Origin: Octopus vulgaris
Lineage: Eukaryota
Reading direction: 5' to 3'
Length of the DNA: 64,000 nucleotides
NCBI GenBank assembly: GCA_951406725.2
Contig: OX597837.1
Location: 7,006,001 to 7,070,000 of the forward strand
Positions 45,276 to 60,063 of this stretch are shown here, one piece after another. Within the stretch, counting starts at the first letter, position 1, and each line of letters opens with the position of its first letter. The notes under the pieces were generated by a model, which was given only the letters and a program-made list of their open reading frames with translations, did no database searches and had not been told where the DNA came from. The position numbers and the translations under genes were made by a program.

Positions 45276-45476
45276 TGTGTAAGAGTGTGTGTGCGTGTGT
45301 AAGAGTGTGTGTGTGTCCGTGTGTGTGAATGTGTGTAAATGTGTGTCCCCGTGTGTGTGTGTGTGACTATGTATGCTTGCGTATGTATACTTATATGCAT
45401 ACAGAATTTTTCTTTCTATTTATGATCTCTCCATCTCCCTCTCTCTCTCTCTCTAAATATATTATATATTATATAT

Positions 45477-45527
<51 letters not shown>

Positions 45528-45748
45528 TACATAGATATATTTATACATATATATATATTTATATGTACATATACATGTATGTATATGTATATATTTGTAT
45601 GTATGTATTTATATATATACATACATATATGTATGTATGTATATATGTATATATACGTCTGTATGTATTTATATATATATGCATACATATACGCATGCAT
45701 ATTTGCGAATGTATGAGTGTGCGTATAAATATATGAGTATATATGTAC

Positions 45749-45801
<53 letters not shown>

Positions 45802-46432
45802 CATATATACACACATACATACACACATACATACACACATACATAACGCAAGCCTATATACACACACACGCACATAAACACACGCATACACACACACACA
45901 CACATAGACATAAGTCTATGTACAAGATCTAATATGCTTCTTTTAATCAAGAATATCTTCCGATTAAATGCTAAATAAGTAGCAATACTTCCGGTTCTGA
46001 ACAAAGCAAAAAAAAACTTCATTTCCTCTAATCTAAATCTCAGTGAATACCTTACATTGCTCCAGTCTTTTAATTCGTCTTTTTGTGGCTCACCATAAGG
46101 AGGAACGGCCGTATCTATGGCATTGATGTAGAGTCTCTGAGTCTGCCAGAGGAAAATGGTAAAAAAAACCTGTAGTCGATACGCTATTATCGTAAAAATC
46201 ACGACATCAGCACGATCTGACATATTTGCTTTTACCTTCTATGCGGTCACTTGACATGCTAGAAATAACAGCCAAATTTCTCTGAAATTTCACTATTTCG
46301 ACAAATAAATATATTGGGCTAATGGTACAGGTATGACTGGATTGTTTAAAAGCTCGCTTTGGTATCGAGATGCTTGCGGATTCAATCCCTGCTAAGCGAC
46401 ACTAAGTTACAACTATGCTGTTGTAGGTACAA

Positions 46433-46631
46433 CATATTCTTTGTCTATCTCCTTAACTTCTTGGAGATTTTAGGTATAATTATACTAATGCGTCCATCTG
46501 TTCTAATTTAATTAAACTCTATATCTTTGTGTAGCTGAAGATTGCTCTACATTTTAAATTGATGTCATGATTACATTGTTCAATTAAATGGAGTTGCATT
46601 GCCTCTGGATATCCTTGTTGCTTATTTTGAT
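46433..46631 (+). mobile_element. Family H4 element with deleted HHR 3' core
   Basis: Homologous to 59318-59530. Keeps CUGAAGA at 46535-46541 but lacks GAAACGATCGTACTGCAT. Confidence 0.78.
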
Positions 46632-46700
<69 letters not shown>

Positions 46701-46767
46701 CCTCGTGTATACAGTTGGCGATTTTTTTTCCTCTGTCTTCCCTTCTCTGGATCCTTCCTTCTCCTAT

Positions 46768-46802
46768 GTTTCCGACGAAGAACTCCGCTCGAAACGTTAA
46801 AC
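46768..46802 (+). ncRNA. Minimal hammerhead variant (H3b element, about 46700-46900)
   Basis: guuu CCGACGA A gaac-ucc-gcuc GAAAC GUU aaac. Confidence 0.58.
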
Positions 46803-46915
46803 CCTCCTTCTTTCCTTTTTTCCTGAGCGTCCAATAATACTATATTTGTTCCACGTCCTCGCGTTGTTGTGTTTTTGTGCTTTCTTGTTTGGATTAACTT
46901 TATATATATATATAC

Positions 46916-46958
<43 letters not shown>

Positions 46959-46972
46959 CATATATACATATG

Positions 46973-47006
<34 letters not shown>

Positions 47007-47496
47007 TATATATATATATTATCATCACATTTTACGGATGAGATTTGGCAGTTATTTTCAGTATGATGGTCGAACTCATATACACAGGAACTGCCATAGT
47101 TTGTTGAATACGGTAGCACATTTAAAATAACTAAATTATACAGAAGACCCTAATTCTAAAAGTTTTAGAATTTCCATGGAAACCAACGAGACTTAGGCCT
47201 TTTAGCAATAGGATCTCAAATTGTAGTAACAAATCAAATTTACTCTGAATATTAGCCTCTAAGTGAAATTCAATTCCACACATATTTCCTTTCAGAAATA
47301 TATGTCAATTAAGATTCAGCACGCCAGAACGTGCATGGATTGTTGAACAGAAATGTTTAATTTGATATCTAATTAAGCTAACATATTTAATTTAATATAT
47401 AATTCCAATTTCATGACAATGGAAGATGTTATTCAGTGGGTGTCCCCCTACCTTGGTAAACAATTGATATATTGTTTAGTAAGCGGGTGGAATTGG

Positions 47497-48031
47497 ATGC
47501 GCGTGACTTAGTGGTTAGGGTGTCAGCATCATGATCTTAGCTTGTGGTTTCGATTCATGGACCGGGCGACGCGTTGTGTTCTTGAGCAAAACACTTCATT
47601 TCACGTTGCGCCAGTCCACTTAGTTGGCAAAAAATGAGTAACGCTGCGAAGGACTGGCGTCCCGTCCAGCTGGGGAACACATATTCCACTGAAACCGGGA
47701 AACCGGGCCCATGAGCCTGGCTAGGCTTTAAAAGGGCGCATATGTGGAGACGCAATGGCCCTATAGTTAGGGCAGCGGACTCGCGGTTTCGATTCCCAGA
47801 CTGGGCGTTGTGTGTTTTTATTGAGCGAAAACACCTAAAATCTCCACGAGGCACCGGTAGGGGGTGGTGGTGACCCCTGTTGTACTCTTTCGCCCCAACT
47901 TTCTCTCACTCTCTCTTCCTGTTTCTTGAGTAACGTTGCGATGGACTGGCGTCCCGTCCAGCTGGGGGGAACACATACGCCACAGGAAGCGGGAAACCGG
48001 ACCCATGAGCCTGGCTAGGCTTGAAAAGGGT
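47497..48031 (+). mobile_element. Two adjacent tRNA-derived SINEs with a shared tail
   Basis: Heads near 47497 and 47745. Both end in ggactggcgtcccgtccagctgggg..catgagcctggctaggct. Confidence 0.82.
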
Positions 48032-48960
48032 GACGTTTATCATTTTTTTAAGCGGGTGGAAGACTAAGGATAATATATACTGTTTGAAGCATCAGGGCGG
48101 AACAATTAATGCCAGGGTGACTGTTCCGATTCTTTGCAGTCTGAGTTCAAATCTCACCCTGTTTGATTTATGCCATTCAACATTTTAATAACTATAAATT
48201 GAATAACAATCGACGGGATGGCTCTCTCTTCTCTCTCGGAGTGTAAGAATGGGATGTGCTGTAAAGAAGGGATTATGGGATACCACTCTCATTGATGCTT
48301 CGTCTCTTCTCTATGCTCGAGTACCACTTAGTCATCCTTAAGGATAACTGGCCTTCGTGATGACTTTCTGTTCGTGACTATCTTCAGTCCAGCGGCAAGA
48401 ACAGATGAAGACGACTAGAGATGGAAAGCGTATCCTTTACCTCCGTCCAACACGTTTTATGTCACCGGTTTCATGGAAATAAATGTTAAATTTAAAATTT
48501 TCCAGCAATAGCTTATAAAATGACAATGTTTCAAAAGATGTGCATAATTATATTATATATGAAAATAAGAGCGAACAAAATATGCTTCAAAAACAGCTAT
48601 ATTTTGTAGTCATTATCCGTAATCTACTCCCAAAATACTTCAGTAGCTCTATTTTGCAAACTTATATGTTCTATGATTATTTTTGTGCAACGACCTTCAC
48701 AATAACCAGCCTTCAATTTGATTTTCCGTTCCTAGATTAATTGGAGACATAGATTGCCGTGCTACTCATAAACCTTCTGGGTAGTTCAATTATTCGGTGA
48801 AAAATATACCATCAGAGCAACTTACACCGTCCAAAGGAAAGGTGCGTTTGCTAGTCTTGAAATAAAGCTGAACAATGACATATATACATATATACATGCA
48901 TGAATGCATACATAAATACATACATACATACATACATACATACATACATACATACATACA

Positions 48961-48995
<35 letters not shown>

Positions 48996-49107
48996 GCATA
49001 CATACATACATTTATACATAAATGTGTATAAATACGTTCACACACAAATATACGCACTCACTCAAATATTTCATAAACATATTTTAATTAACCTAAAGTT
49101 CGCTTAT

Positions 49108-49408
49108 AGTGGAGTCATATGGCCTAGTGGTTAGAGCAGCGGACTCGCGGTCGAGGGATCGCGGGTGCGAATCTCAGACCGGATGATGTGTGTGTTTATA
49201 AGCGAAACACCTAAGTTCCACACGGTTCCTGCAGAAGGTAATGGCGAACTTCTGCTGACTCTTTCGCCACAACTTTCTCTCATTCTTTCCTCCTGCATCT
49301 TGCGGCTCACCTGCGATGGACCGGCGTCCTGTCCAGGTGGGGAACCTATACGCCAAGGATACCGGGAAACCGGCCCTTATGAGCCAGGTATGGCTTGAGA
49401 AGGAACAA
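49108..49408 (+). mobile_element. SINE family C
   Basis: tggcctagtggttagagcagcggactcgcggtcgaggg..agcgaaacacctaag. Confidence 0.82.
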
Positions 49409-50035
49409 AAAGTTCGCTTATGTCTAAACACTGCTTGCCTCTGATACTGCTGTGATCGTTTCCGACCTGGTAGTCACATAGTGTGTTACAGGTAATGCCG
49501 TTTACTGTGTTTTACTTAAAGCTACGGATTTGGTTAAGTCTGTCCAGAGATTTTTCTATTCGTATTTCTCATTGATAACGACTAAAGAGCTAGAAATGCG
49601 TCTGGAAATCTAACAGGTGTCAGCACCGGACAGATGTGGAGTTTTTACAACTTTTTACACTAAGAGAGAATTTTCCTCACGGTAACTGCTGTGAATTTAG
49701 TTATTAATAACGAAAAATATTTCACGGATGGAGATTATTTTTATACTTTTGGTAACGCGCTGCTACATATGTTTCGGAAAGACATGTATTTTTATGGGAC
49801 TACCTCACCACATCGATAGGATATTATTAAATATTATTTATAATATCTGTGGAACGTTAAGGGAGTACATTAACTCGACTTGCATAATTCTTCAGACAAT
49901 TTTGCGTAGATGTTTATAGGATTGCCTGGTTGTTTAGGTTACAGGATATTAATCATTCTACACCAATCAAAATCTAGCAAAGGAACTTTTATGGGCGTAG
50001 TAGTAGGCATTTCTCATATACAAAATACAATGATG

Positions 50036-50086
<51 letters not shown>

Positions 50087-50103
50087 CATGGTGGTAGATA
50101 CAC

Positions 50104-50176
<73 letters not shown>

Positions 50177-50541
50177 TATAGATAGATAGATTCTGCGTAT
50201 CTTTGTTGTGGTATGTTTGTTTCTGCGCAGTCTCTTAAAATATATCTCCAGCTGCCTAAAGGATGTAGATAGGGATATATGAATGAGTTGTTCTGCCATA
50301 GTTCTGGAGCAATATGCCAAGATACATATACATATAAGTAGTCTTTATCATTATATATAGTTTTAACTTTAATTTCCTTTATATTTAAGATTCACTATTA
50401 ATATCCCTACTCTTTCTGTTAGCTACTTATGACGTTATATCATATAACGTTTTTTTAAACAATATTAATAGCGTTCTGTCTATCGCTATACGAATCCATC
50501 ATTTTTTGCTAAAATGTCGTATTGACGAGTTTCGTTTTTTC

Positions 50542-50626
50542 ACTTTCCCGAAGAGAAGATTGCATTGTTTATACCTTTATTATTTTGAATAGTATCAGTG
50601 GAATTTTCGAAACATATGTAGAAAGT
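50542..50626 (+). ncRNA. Type I hammerhead motif, U4C variant, long domain II
   Basis: acuuuc CCGAAGA gaagauu..aauuuuc GAAAC auau GUA gaaagu. 6-bp helix I, about 40 bp upstream of (AT)n. Confidence 0.75.
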
Positions 50627-50665
50627 AAAAATACTTGTTTAAACCTGCGTTAACTCCATTTTTTA

Positions 50666-50710
<45 letters not shown>

Positions 50711-50809
50711 TATTAATTAGAGACAAAACCACTATTATGCAAATCAAACAAAGAAAGACTTAATCCAATACATAAAAAAATTTATATAAATTAAATATAA
50801 TTAAGATAT

Positions 50810-50855
50810 CCACTACGATCGTTTCTTGTCACTTCAATGGACATTCATCAGGTGG
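50810..50855 (-). ncRNA. Type I hammerhead motif (left arm)
   Basis: Exact reverse complement of 50917-50962. Confidence 0.85.
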
Positions 50856-50916
50856 TTTCAAGACCTTCTTTGCAGTTTTAAACTATAGTTTTAAAACTGC
50901 GAAGAAGGTCTTGAAA

Positions 50917-50962
50917 CCACCTGATGAATGTCCATTGAAGTGACAAGAAACGATCGTAGTGG
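50917..50962 (+). ncRNA. Type I hammerhead motif (right arm, GUA site)
   Basis: ccac CUGAUGA auguc-cauugaagu-gacaa GAAAC gauc GUA gugg. The first helix II pair is an A-A mismatch. Confidence 0.85.
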
Positions 50963-51402
50963 ATATCTTAATTATATTTAATTTATATAAATTTTTTTAT
51001 GTATTGGATTAAGTCTTTCTTTGTTTGATTTGCATAATAGTGGTTTTGTCTCTAATTAATATTATATTATATATTACTATAAAATTGGATTCAATCCTAA
51101 ATCTGATTTTTCCCTGTAAATTTGGATATAATATTTATTATTATATATATACATATATATATGTATATATATATATATATATACGTACATATATATATAT
51201 GCGTACATATATATATATACATACATATATATATACATATATATATATGTATATATATATATATGTATATATATGTGTATATATATATATATACATACAT
51301 ATATATATGCATATATACGTGTGAATCTGTGTGCATGTATATGTATGCTAATAGATAGATATATTGATACATAAATAGGTAGTCAGACAGGCGTATGCGT
51401 GC

Positions 51403-51440
<38 letters not shown>

Positions 51441-51870
51441 ATGTGTGTTAGCATGTGTGTGTTTGTGTGAGTGTATATGCATAAATTTAGCACCCGGATA
51501 TCCAAACGGATTATACATATCATCCTTTCCTTCTAATCCACAGATATTTTGTCTCACAGTTAAGCAGAGATCGTGCTAACGTATAAAAAAAACTGATATC
51601 GGTCCATCCATTTCCATCTGGCTATATCGTATATTTAGGAACAGTGCCTGAATCAGTCATATGTTTGTGTCTGTACATACGTGTGTGTGTGCGTGTGTGT
51701 GTGCTCGTATTTGAGATACAGTCCTGCTCATTTTTGCTATTTCTGTCTCTCTATGTATCGATCAGTCCATCTTTGTAGTTATTTTTCTTCTTTCTATTTC
51801 TATATATATTTAATCCTTCATCCAGTTTCATTACCAATTTTTCTCTTGCATAGAGACAGATATACATAAG

Positions 51871-51955
<85 letters not shown>

Positions 51956-52030
51956 GTACGTCCATATGTACTTATGTGAGTGTGTATAAATGTCTGTATA
52001 TATAAGTGTATCTGAGTCTTAATATTTGAT

Positions 52031-52114
<84 letters not shown>

Positions 52115-52139
52115 TGTGTGTGCCTGTATATAGATATAG

Positions 52140-52191
<52 letters not shown>

Positions 52192-52344
52192 GATAGATGT
52201 TTGTACATATATATTTGTATATATATATGTATGTGTATGTGTCTGTAGCAAGCACGTGTGCGAGGACATCTGAAGTTGCAAGAAAAATCTCTCTGTATCT
52301 ATCTCTATCTCTCTCCCCACCCCTCTCTCATACACACACGCAGA

Positions 52345-52421
<77 letters not shown>

Positions 52422-52452
52422 TATGTCTATATATTTGTATGTATGTATGTAT

Positions 52453-52536
<84 letters not shown>

Positions 52537-53111
52537 CTTACACACATATGTAGCTTAATAAAGATATACAAACATACATGAGCATATAAGCTTATTCTTT
52601 TTTAGCTTTCACGTGACAGCGAATTCATTATCTTAAATATTTTTAGCGATGTTTGCCTCGTTTTCCAACAAACATCAGAGAAATACAACATGACTCCCCT
52701 ATCAGAAAACACAATCTCCCCAGCATCTTACTCCATCACCTATCCTGGAAAATAGGAACCACCAAACCAACCAGGCAGCTAGGCACCTAACCAACCAATA
52801 GTCACCGCCCATCATCGTGAAACAAACAACATTATTCGATGTTATAAAATTGTTCATGGAACAACCAATTAAGTAGTGTTTGCCCGAATGCTAGTGATGT
52901 ATACAAAAAGGCAGCCATGTTAATTAGATAATATACAACGTTGTATGTATGCGTATATATGTATATATGTGTGTGTAATATATATTTATATATACATATA
53001 CTTATATATATATATATATGATATCAATGGTACGAGTGTATATATATTTATGTCTTTCTATGTATATAATTTTTTGTATTATACATGTATGTAGGTACAC
53101 ACACACACACT

Positions 53112-53147
<36 letters not shown>

Positions 53148-53304
53148 AATATGTTTACATCCATATTTCAGTATATGTAAATATATATATGCATATATAT
53201 ACATAATATACCTAGATATATATATGAATGTGTGTATGTATGTATAAGTATGTATATATGTATATGTATATATATATATATACATATATATACATATATA
53301 TACA

Positions 53305-53362
<58 letters not shown>

Positions 53363-53860
53363 TATCTACATATATATATATTTGTTTATTTATCTACTTA
53401 CATATGTGGGAGAGAATCTTTATTTGTGTATATGTTTGTTTTCGTGCATGTATGTATGTGTGTATGTGCGTATATATGTGTGTATGTATGTATCTATGTG
53501 TGTATGTATGTATTTGTGTATATATGTGTGAATTTATACATTTATATAATTATATCAATAACGTTTATGAATTCAATGTTTTTCAGCTTAGAGCAGTGAA
53601 TGGTGGGGTAGATGGCCAAGATGGTGGTGCTTGCAATGTGATGGTAGCGGTGGTGTTGTTGTTGTTGGTGGTGGTGGCGGTAGCGGCGGCGGCAGCGAAG
53701 TTGATGGTACTGGTAATGAAGATAGGGTTGGCGATGTTTGTATGGGTGGAGGTTTTGTGTGGGGCAGAGAGAACGATGTAACAGATCTTTCCATAATGAT
53801 AATTGTTGTTATTATTCTAGAGAAAACATAGGCTCACAAACAAAATACATTCACACAACA

Positions 53861-53891
<31 letters not shown>

Positions 53892-54019
53892 TCACTCAAT
53901 TACATACACAAATATTCCGACATAACAACGGAACAACGATGTTGACAAGGAAACGTCTGCAGAAATAATTCTTTGTATTAAGGGCGCCAGGCTTGAAATT
54001 TGGGCGAAGGGGGAGCTCG

Positions 54020-54580
54020 ACACTCTGACGGTGACATCATCCGCATATGCCGACACGCTCGTCCCGCAACCCAGTTCCCGTGGGATGCCCCTCAGTGTCG
54101 CCAGCTTCCGCAGTAGTGGCTCGAGAGTCAATACATACAGAAGCGCCGACAGGGGACATCCCTGACGGACCGGACGCATGATGTCAAACGGTTTTGACAG
54201 GTGACCGTTCACCCGAATTACCGATCGGATGCCGCTATACAAGGCCGCGATCCAACCGCGGAAGACGGGACCAAAGCCAGCCACCTTGAGGACGGCCGCC
54301 AGGTACAGATGGTCGACCCTATCGAAAGCTTTATATTGATCCAAATTGATCAGCGCCCCACCCATGCCAGGATCCTTAACTTCCCTGTCCTCGATGTAGC
54401 GCATCAGATGGAGGTTGTCATGGATGGTTCTGCCCGGCACGGTGCATGTTTGCGCTTTGTTGACCAATTTATCGATGACAAGCGCCAACCTCTCGGCTAT
54501 TACTTTGGCCAAAATTTTCAAATCTGCGTTGGGCCTGAAATTATCTATAAAATTCCCCTTGTTTGGGTCTTTCTTCTGCA
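54020..54580 (-). mobile_element. Tx1/L1-type LINE reverse transcriptase fragment
   Basis: DLKILAKVIAERL..NLDQYKAFDRVDH..VRQGCPLSALLY..AYADDVT. Confidence 0.92.
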
Positions 54581-55143
54581 ATAGATGTGTTTAGCGATGG
54601 TTTTTTTGCTATCGCTAAACATACATTGTATGTATGTTTAGCGATGGCTTTTTTCACTCCCTTAAATTAGGGGTTCAGCACAAGAAACGTATAGCATACG
54701 TACCAGAAAATTTGGGGTTTCTTTGTTTGGTTTTTAAAGTACTGGGTTAGATTTCTTCAATTCAAATCGTTCAAAGCGGTGCCTCAGCATTGCCGCTAGC
54801 CAATGAATGAAATGCGAATAAGATAAAAGATAGAAATAAATGATTAAAGATCGACATATATCTTCGACAATACTTATTAAAGCCAACCACTATGTCGATG
54901 AAGTGACATCTCCATACGAATTATATATCATGCCGACCAGAACCATATATATCAATGCGTATATTGTAATGAATCCGCTACATATGTTACTGTAAATACA
55001 TTAGATGTAATAAATACACGCATATTCAATTATCTCACGTCCCTGATCAATTTCTAGTCGTCATTTTCTCAATATCGTTCTATACATTTCATTCTATTGT
55101 AGCGATGTATTTAATTTAATTTGATAATATGAAGCCGCAGCAA

Positions 55144-55730
55144 GGCGGCGAGCTGACAGAAACGTTAGCACGCCGGGAGAAATGCGAAGCCGTATTTCGT
55201 CTGCCATTACGTTCTGAGTTCAAATTCCGCCGAGGTCGACTTTGCCTTTCATCCTTTCGGGGTCGATTAAATAAGTCCCAGTTACGCACTGGGGTCGATA
55301 TATAATCGACTTAATCCGTTTGTCTGTCCTTCTTTGCCCTCTCTGTGTTTAGCCCATTGTGGGTAGTAAAGAAATAAGTATTTTGTCTGCCGCTACGTTC
55401 TGAGTTCTAATTCTGCCGAGGTCGACTTTGCCTTTCATCCTTTCGGGGTCGATTAAATAAGTCCCAGTTACGCACTGGGGTCGATATATAATCGACTTAA
55501 TCCGTTTGTCTGTCCTTCTTTGTCCTCTCTGTGTTTAGCCCCTTGTCGGAAGTAAAGAAATAGGTATTTCATTTATCTTTATGCCCTGAGTTCAAATTCC
55601 ACCGAGGTCGACTTCACCGTTCATCCTTTCGAAGTCGATAAATTAAGTACCAGTTGCGTTCTGGGGTCGATCTAATAGACCGGTCCCCCTCTCCCAAAAT
55701 TTCGGGCCTTGTTCCTTGAGTAGAAAAGAA
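55144..55730 (+). mobile_element. Tandem SINE family A copies
   Basis: One complete copy and two 5'-truncated bodies. Confidence 0.88.
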
Positions 55731-55737
55731 TATGAAG

Positions 55738-55898
55738 CCACAGCGTAGTTGTGTGGTAAGAAATTTGCTTCCCAACCACATGGTTCCGGGTTCAGTCTCA
55801 CACCGTAGCACCTTGAATAAGTATCTTCTGCTATATAGCCTCGGGCCGACCAAAGCCTTGTGAGTAGATTTGGGAGACAGAAACTGAAAGAAACCTGT

Positions 55899-55900
<2 letters not shown>
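55738..55900 (+). mobile_element. SINE family B 5' half
   Basis: Similar to 31889-32052. Confidence 0.82.
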
Positions 55901-55931
<31 letters not shown>

Positions 55932-56346
55932 GAGCAAAACGCCCCCGTCCAATGGACGGTATGAGTTGTCAAGCATTTAAACCAAATCTTCTCGAAACAA
56001 CTTGTCCGACCGTCCCATAGGCCTCCCCTTTGAGAAACACTGACTTAACCTAAATTTGAGACACCAGCAAAAGAGGAAATAAAGATAGACTTTTTCCTAT
56101 TCCAAAGAAAAACAACTTTATTCACACAAATATGCAACCGAAGAGTTTAACGTACCAGTAAGTACATCGCAACAGCTGATGTACTTGCGTGTACAAATGC
56201 ACGTTCCCAAGGCTTTATCGATTGCATTCTCACCTGGAATCGATTTATTTTTGTAAATTTTTCAAGACTTATACACGCCCTGATACCGTCGATATCTACA
56301 TATCAAATTTGAGCACAATCGGGTGGAGGATGCCCGAGATCCTAAA

Positions 56347-56432
<86 letters not shown>

Positions 56433-56526
56433 GTGTGTGTGTACAGCTTTACTGCGTTCGAAATTTAATGACTTGTCTGTAATATGCATATATGTGTAAT
56501 TATACCATATGTTACATACATATATA

Positions 56527-56674
56527 TGACGGGCTTCTTTCAGTTTCAGCCTACCAAATCCACTCACAAGGCTTAACAGAGGACACTTTCCCAAGGTGCC
56601 ACGCAATGAGAGTGAACCCGGAAGATCATGTGAGTGGGATGCAAGCTTCGTACCACACAGCCACTCCTGCGCCT
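56527..56674 (-). mobile_element. SINE family B 5' half
   Basis: Reverse complement similarity, with an internal deletion. Confidence 0.8.
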
Positions 56675-56690
56675 ATATATGTACATGTAT

Positions 56691-56734
<44 letters not shown>

Positions 56735-56737
56735 GCA

Positions 56738-57238
56738 TAGTAAAAAGGGTAATAAAAATAAATCATTATTACCAGCGACCTAGCACAAAAGACGAATTAG
56801 TCATTAGACTATACGTTATTCATATATAAGTACATTAAAAGGCTTCCAATAAAGAAGCAAAGAGGGGATAAATTCATGAAATGGAAAGAAAGTTAAAAAC
56901 GTTTACCATCTCAGCCAATCTTGTACTGCAGTTTCGTCTTTTTTTTTACAAATGGATAGAATTCATCTGCCAAGGCCAGACTCGTCAGCAAGAAGCCTTT
57001 ATAATCCAAGCTATACATATCGCTAGAAGTACGCGCAAATCTAACGATTTGTATACTCTAACTTTTCAGACCAGTGCGCAGACGCATACCATACCCGTTT
57101 GCTAAATATCCATTTGCTAAAAAAGACGAAACTGCAGTACAAGATTGGCTGACATGGTAAACATTTTCATGAATTTATCGCCTCTTTGTGTATCTAGCAC
57201 TTGCTTCTTTATTGGAAGCCTTTTAATATACGTATATA
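56738..57238 (-). mobile_element. HHR-bearing element, family H1
   Basis: Same layout as 678-1305: taccagcg..ctag terminus, HHR, then a partial inverted copy (about 57107-57238). (AT)n flanks. Confidence 0.75.
56919..56993 (-). ncRNA. Type I hammerhead ribozyme motif (GUA site)
   Basis: Minus strand: ucuug CUGACGA guc..(40 nt)..gac GAAAC ugca GUA caaga. Confidence 0.88.
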
Positions 57239-57448
57239 TATATATATGCATATATATTATTTAATAATAAGTCTGATGACGTATGATATTACGTACATAC
57301 ATTTAGTGCTCAGGTCGCAACATTCTTATTGTTTAAATATGTAAATATACAACGTACCAGTTACTACTAACGAGATACCAGTTGTCTGCCTGTCTGTACT
57401 CATATCATATTGCACTAACACTGAAATATATACCACAAACAATTATAT

Positions 57449-57580
<132 letters not shown>

Positions 57581-57871
57581 TTGAACAGAATCACACGTAG
57601 GTATGTACACACAGAGAGAAACACACGCAAACATAAATAAAGTACACACAAAAACCCACATGCAAACAAACTGACAGACGTGCAAGCACACAGACACATA
57701 CACACAGACACACACACACACACAAAGAAAAAAAGCAACTAAACAGAAATAAGAAAAGAGAGCAATAAGAGTAATGACAAACATTCGATTGAAAGGGGGA
57801 AAAACACAACAATTTGCTCTGAGGATAATAAAAAACCATTTCTTCTCAGTAAAAAAAATAAAATACGATAT

Positions 57872-57985
<114 letters not shown>

Positions 57986-57988
57986 TAC

Positions 57989-58019
<31 letters not shown>

Positions 58020-58109
58020 CGTATATGTATATATATATATGTATGTATATATATATATATATGTATGTATATATATATATGTATATGTATATATATATAT
58101 GTATGTATG

Positions 58110-58176
<67 letters not shown>

Positions 58177-58547
58177 GAATGTATATATGCATATATGTAT
58201 GTACGTATAAACAGAAACCAGATAATTAAACAAGAAAAAAAAAACAGTCCCTTACAACAATGAAAAAATAAAGTGAGAGAAATCAGAATGAGGTCTGGAA
58301 TGTCTGGCTAATGATAGCTAATTAAGGAAGCATTCTCCGCCGTTAGCCTTTATAATAGATCAAGTGTAAATTGATTGTCTGGTTGTGCGACTGATTTTAT
58401 TAGTTCTATGAAGTTGATGCAGTGGAGTGTATTGATGAGTCTGTGTGTGGGCGGACAGCCGGGCATATATGTATGAGTGTATGATGTGTGTGCGTATCTG
58501 GGTGTACCTGTGAGTTACATATATATGTATATTGTGTTATATATATG

Positions 58548-58940
58548 CCTGTGTGGTAAGTAGCTTGCTTACCAACCACATGGTTCCGGGTTCAGTGCCA
58601 CTGCGGGACACCTTGGGCAAGTGTCTTCTGCTATAGCCTCGGGCCGACCAAAGCCTTGTGAGGGGATTTGGTAGACGGAAACTGAAAGAAGCCCGTCGTA
58701 TATATATATATATATGTATATGTATGTGTGTGTATATGTTTGTGTGTCTGTGTTTGTTCATCCAACATCGTTTGACAACTGATGCTGGTGTGTTTGCGTC
58801 CCCGTAACTTAGCGGTTCGGCAAAAGAAACCGATAGAATAAGTACTAGGCTTACAATGAATAAGTCCTGGGGTCGATTTGCTCGACTAAAGGCGGTGCTC
58901 CAGCATGGCCGCAGTCAAATGACTGAAACAAGTAAAAGAG
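58548..58940 (+). mobile_element. SINE family B
   Basis: Both halves present. A further partial copy lies at 59043-59124. Confidence 0.9.
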
Positions 58941-59410
58941 AGTAAAGAAAGAGAGTATATATATACATACACATGTATGTGTGTGAGGTGGTATTTGAAT
59001 ATGTATACACATAGATATGTAATGAGGTTTATACATATTTCTGTGGTTCCGGGTTCAGCCCCACTGCGTGGCACCTTGGGCAAGTGCCTTCTACTATAAC
59101 CTCAAGCCGACCAAAATCTTGTGTAAAAATTTTACTATACCTCAGCCCAAAGCTGATACTACCCTCTGTCTTCCCTCAGATTTGATAAATTAGTCTATAA
59201 AATTAAAACTGACCCCCACCCCCCGGCCGTAAATAAAACTAAATAACAGAAATAATCAAGGAAAAGCAGTGTCTTCTTTGAAAGAAATTCTGTTACAACT
59301 GTGATGTTGTTGGTAAAACATGTTCTTTGTCTATCTCCTTATCCTCTTGGAGGTTTTGGGTAAAATTATACTAATGTGTCCTTCTAATTTAATAAAATTC
59401 TATGTTCTTG

Positions 59411-59496
59411 TGCAGCTGAAGATTGCTCTACATTTTAAATTGTTGTAATGATTGCATTGTCAACTAAATGGAGTTGCATGAAACGATCGTACTGCA
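59411..59496 (+). ncRNA. Type I hammerhead ribozyme motif (family H4 element, about 59318-59530)
   Basis: ugcag CUGAAGA uugc..(57-nt domain II)..gcau GAAAC gauc GUA cugca. Confidence 0.85.
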
Positions 59497-59525
59497 TTAC
59501 CTCTGGATATCATTGTTGCTTATCT

Positions 59526-59588
<63 letters not shown>

Positions 59589-59678
59589 GGGAGAGTTTAC
59601 GAAAAAAACAAAAGACGAAGATAGGTGGTGTACAAAACAAACAGATGTATTAGTATAACGCTCAGGAATAGAAAAAGT

Positions 59679-59714
59679 CTTTTATGTTTCGAGCCTACGC
59701 TCTTCTACAGAAAG
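59679..59714 (-). ncRNA. Minimal hammerhead variant (H3 element, about 59587-59780)
   Basis: Minus strand: cuuu CUGUAGA A gagc-guag-gcuc GAAAC AUA aaag. The G of the CpG is mutated, breaking helix III. Confidence 0.45.
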
Positions 59715-59795
59715 GTAAACAGAAAAAAAAAACAAGGAGCGAAAAAATTGTGTGTAGTAGCTAACGATCTATCATGGCATATGATACACAAACTC

Positions 59796-59857
<62 letters not shown>

Positions 59858-60063
59858 TAGAGATAAAACCACTATTGGGCAAATCAAACAGTGAAAATCA
59901 TAAGCCAATACATAGAAATAAAATTAATTAAAAAATATATAAAAAATATATAAAATATAAGATATAAAAATCCAATTCAAATATTTAAATTATATATATA
60001 TATATTATAAATTATACGATAGAAAAATAGTAAATGTTTGCTAAACAGGGGCCTGGTCAACTA

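Larger units (their letters stand above)
50705..51145. mobile_element. Palindromic family H2 element (about 180-bp arms, no spacer)
   Basis: 50705-50885 is the near-perfect reverse complement of 50886-51066. The right arm extends into the H2 terminus. Flanked by (AT)n. Confidence 0.9.
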
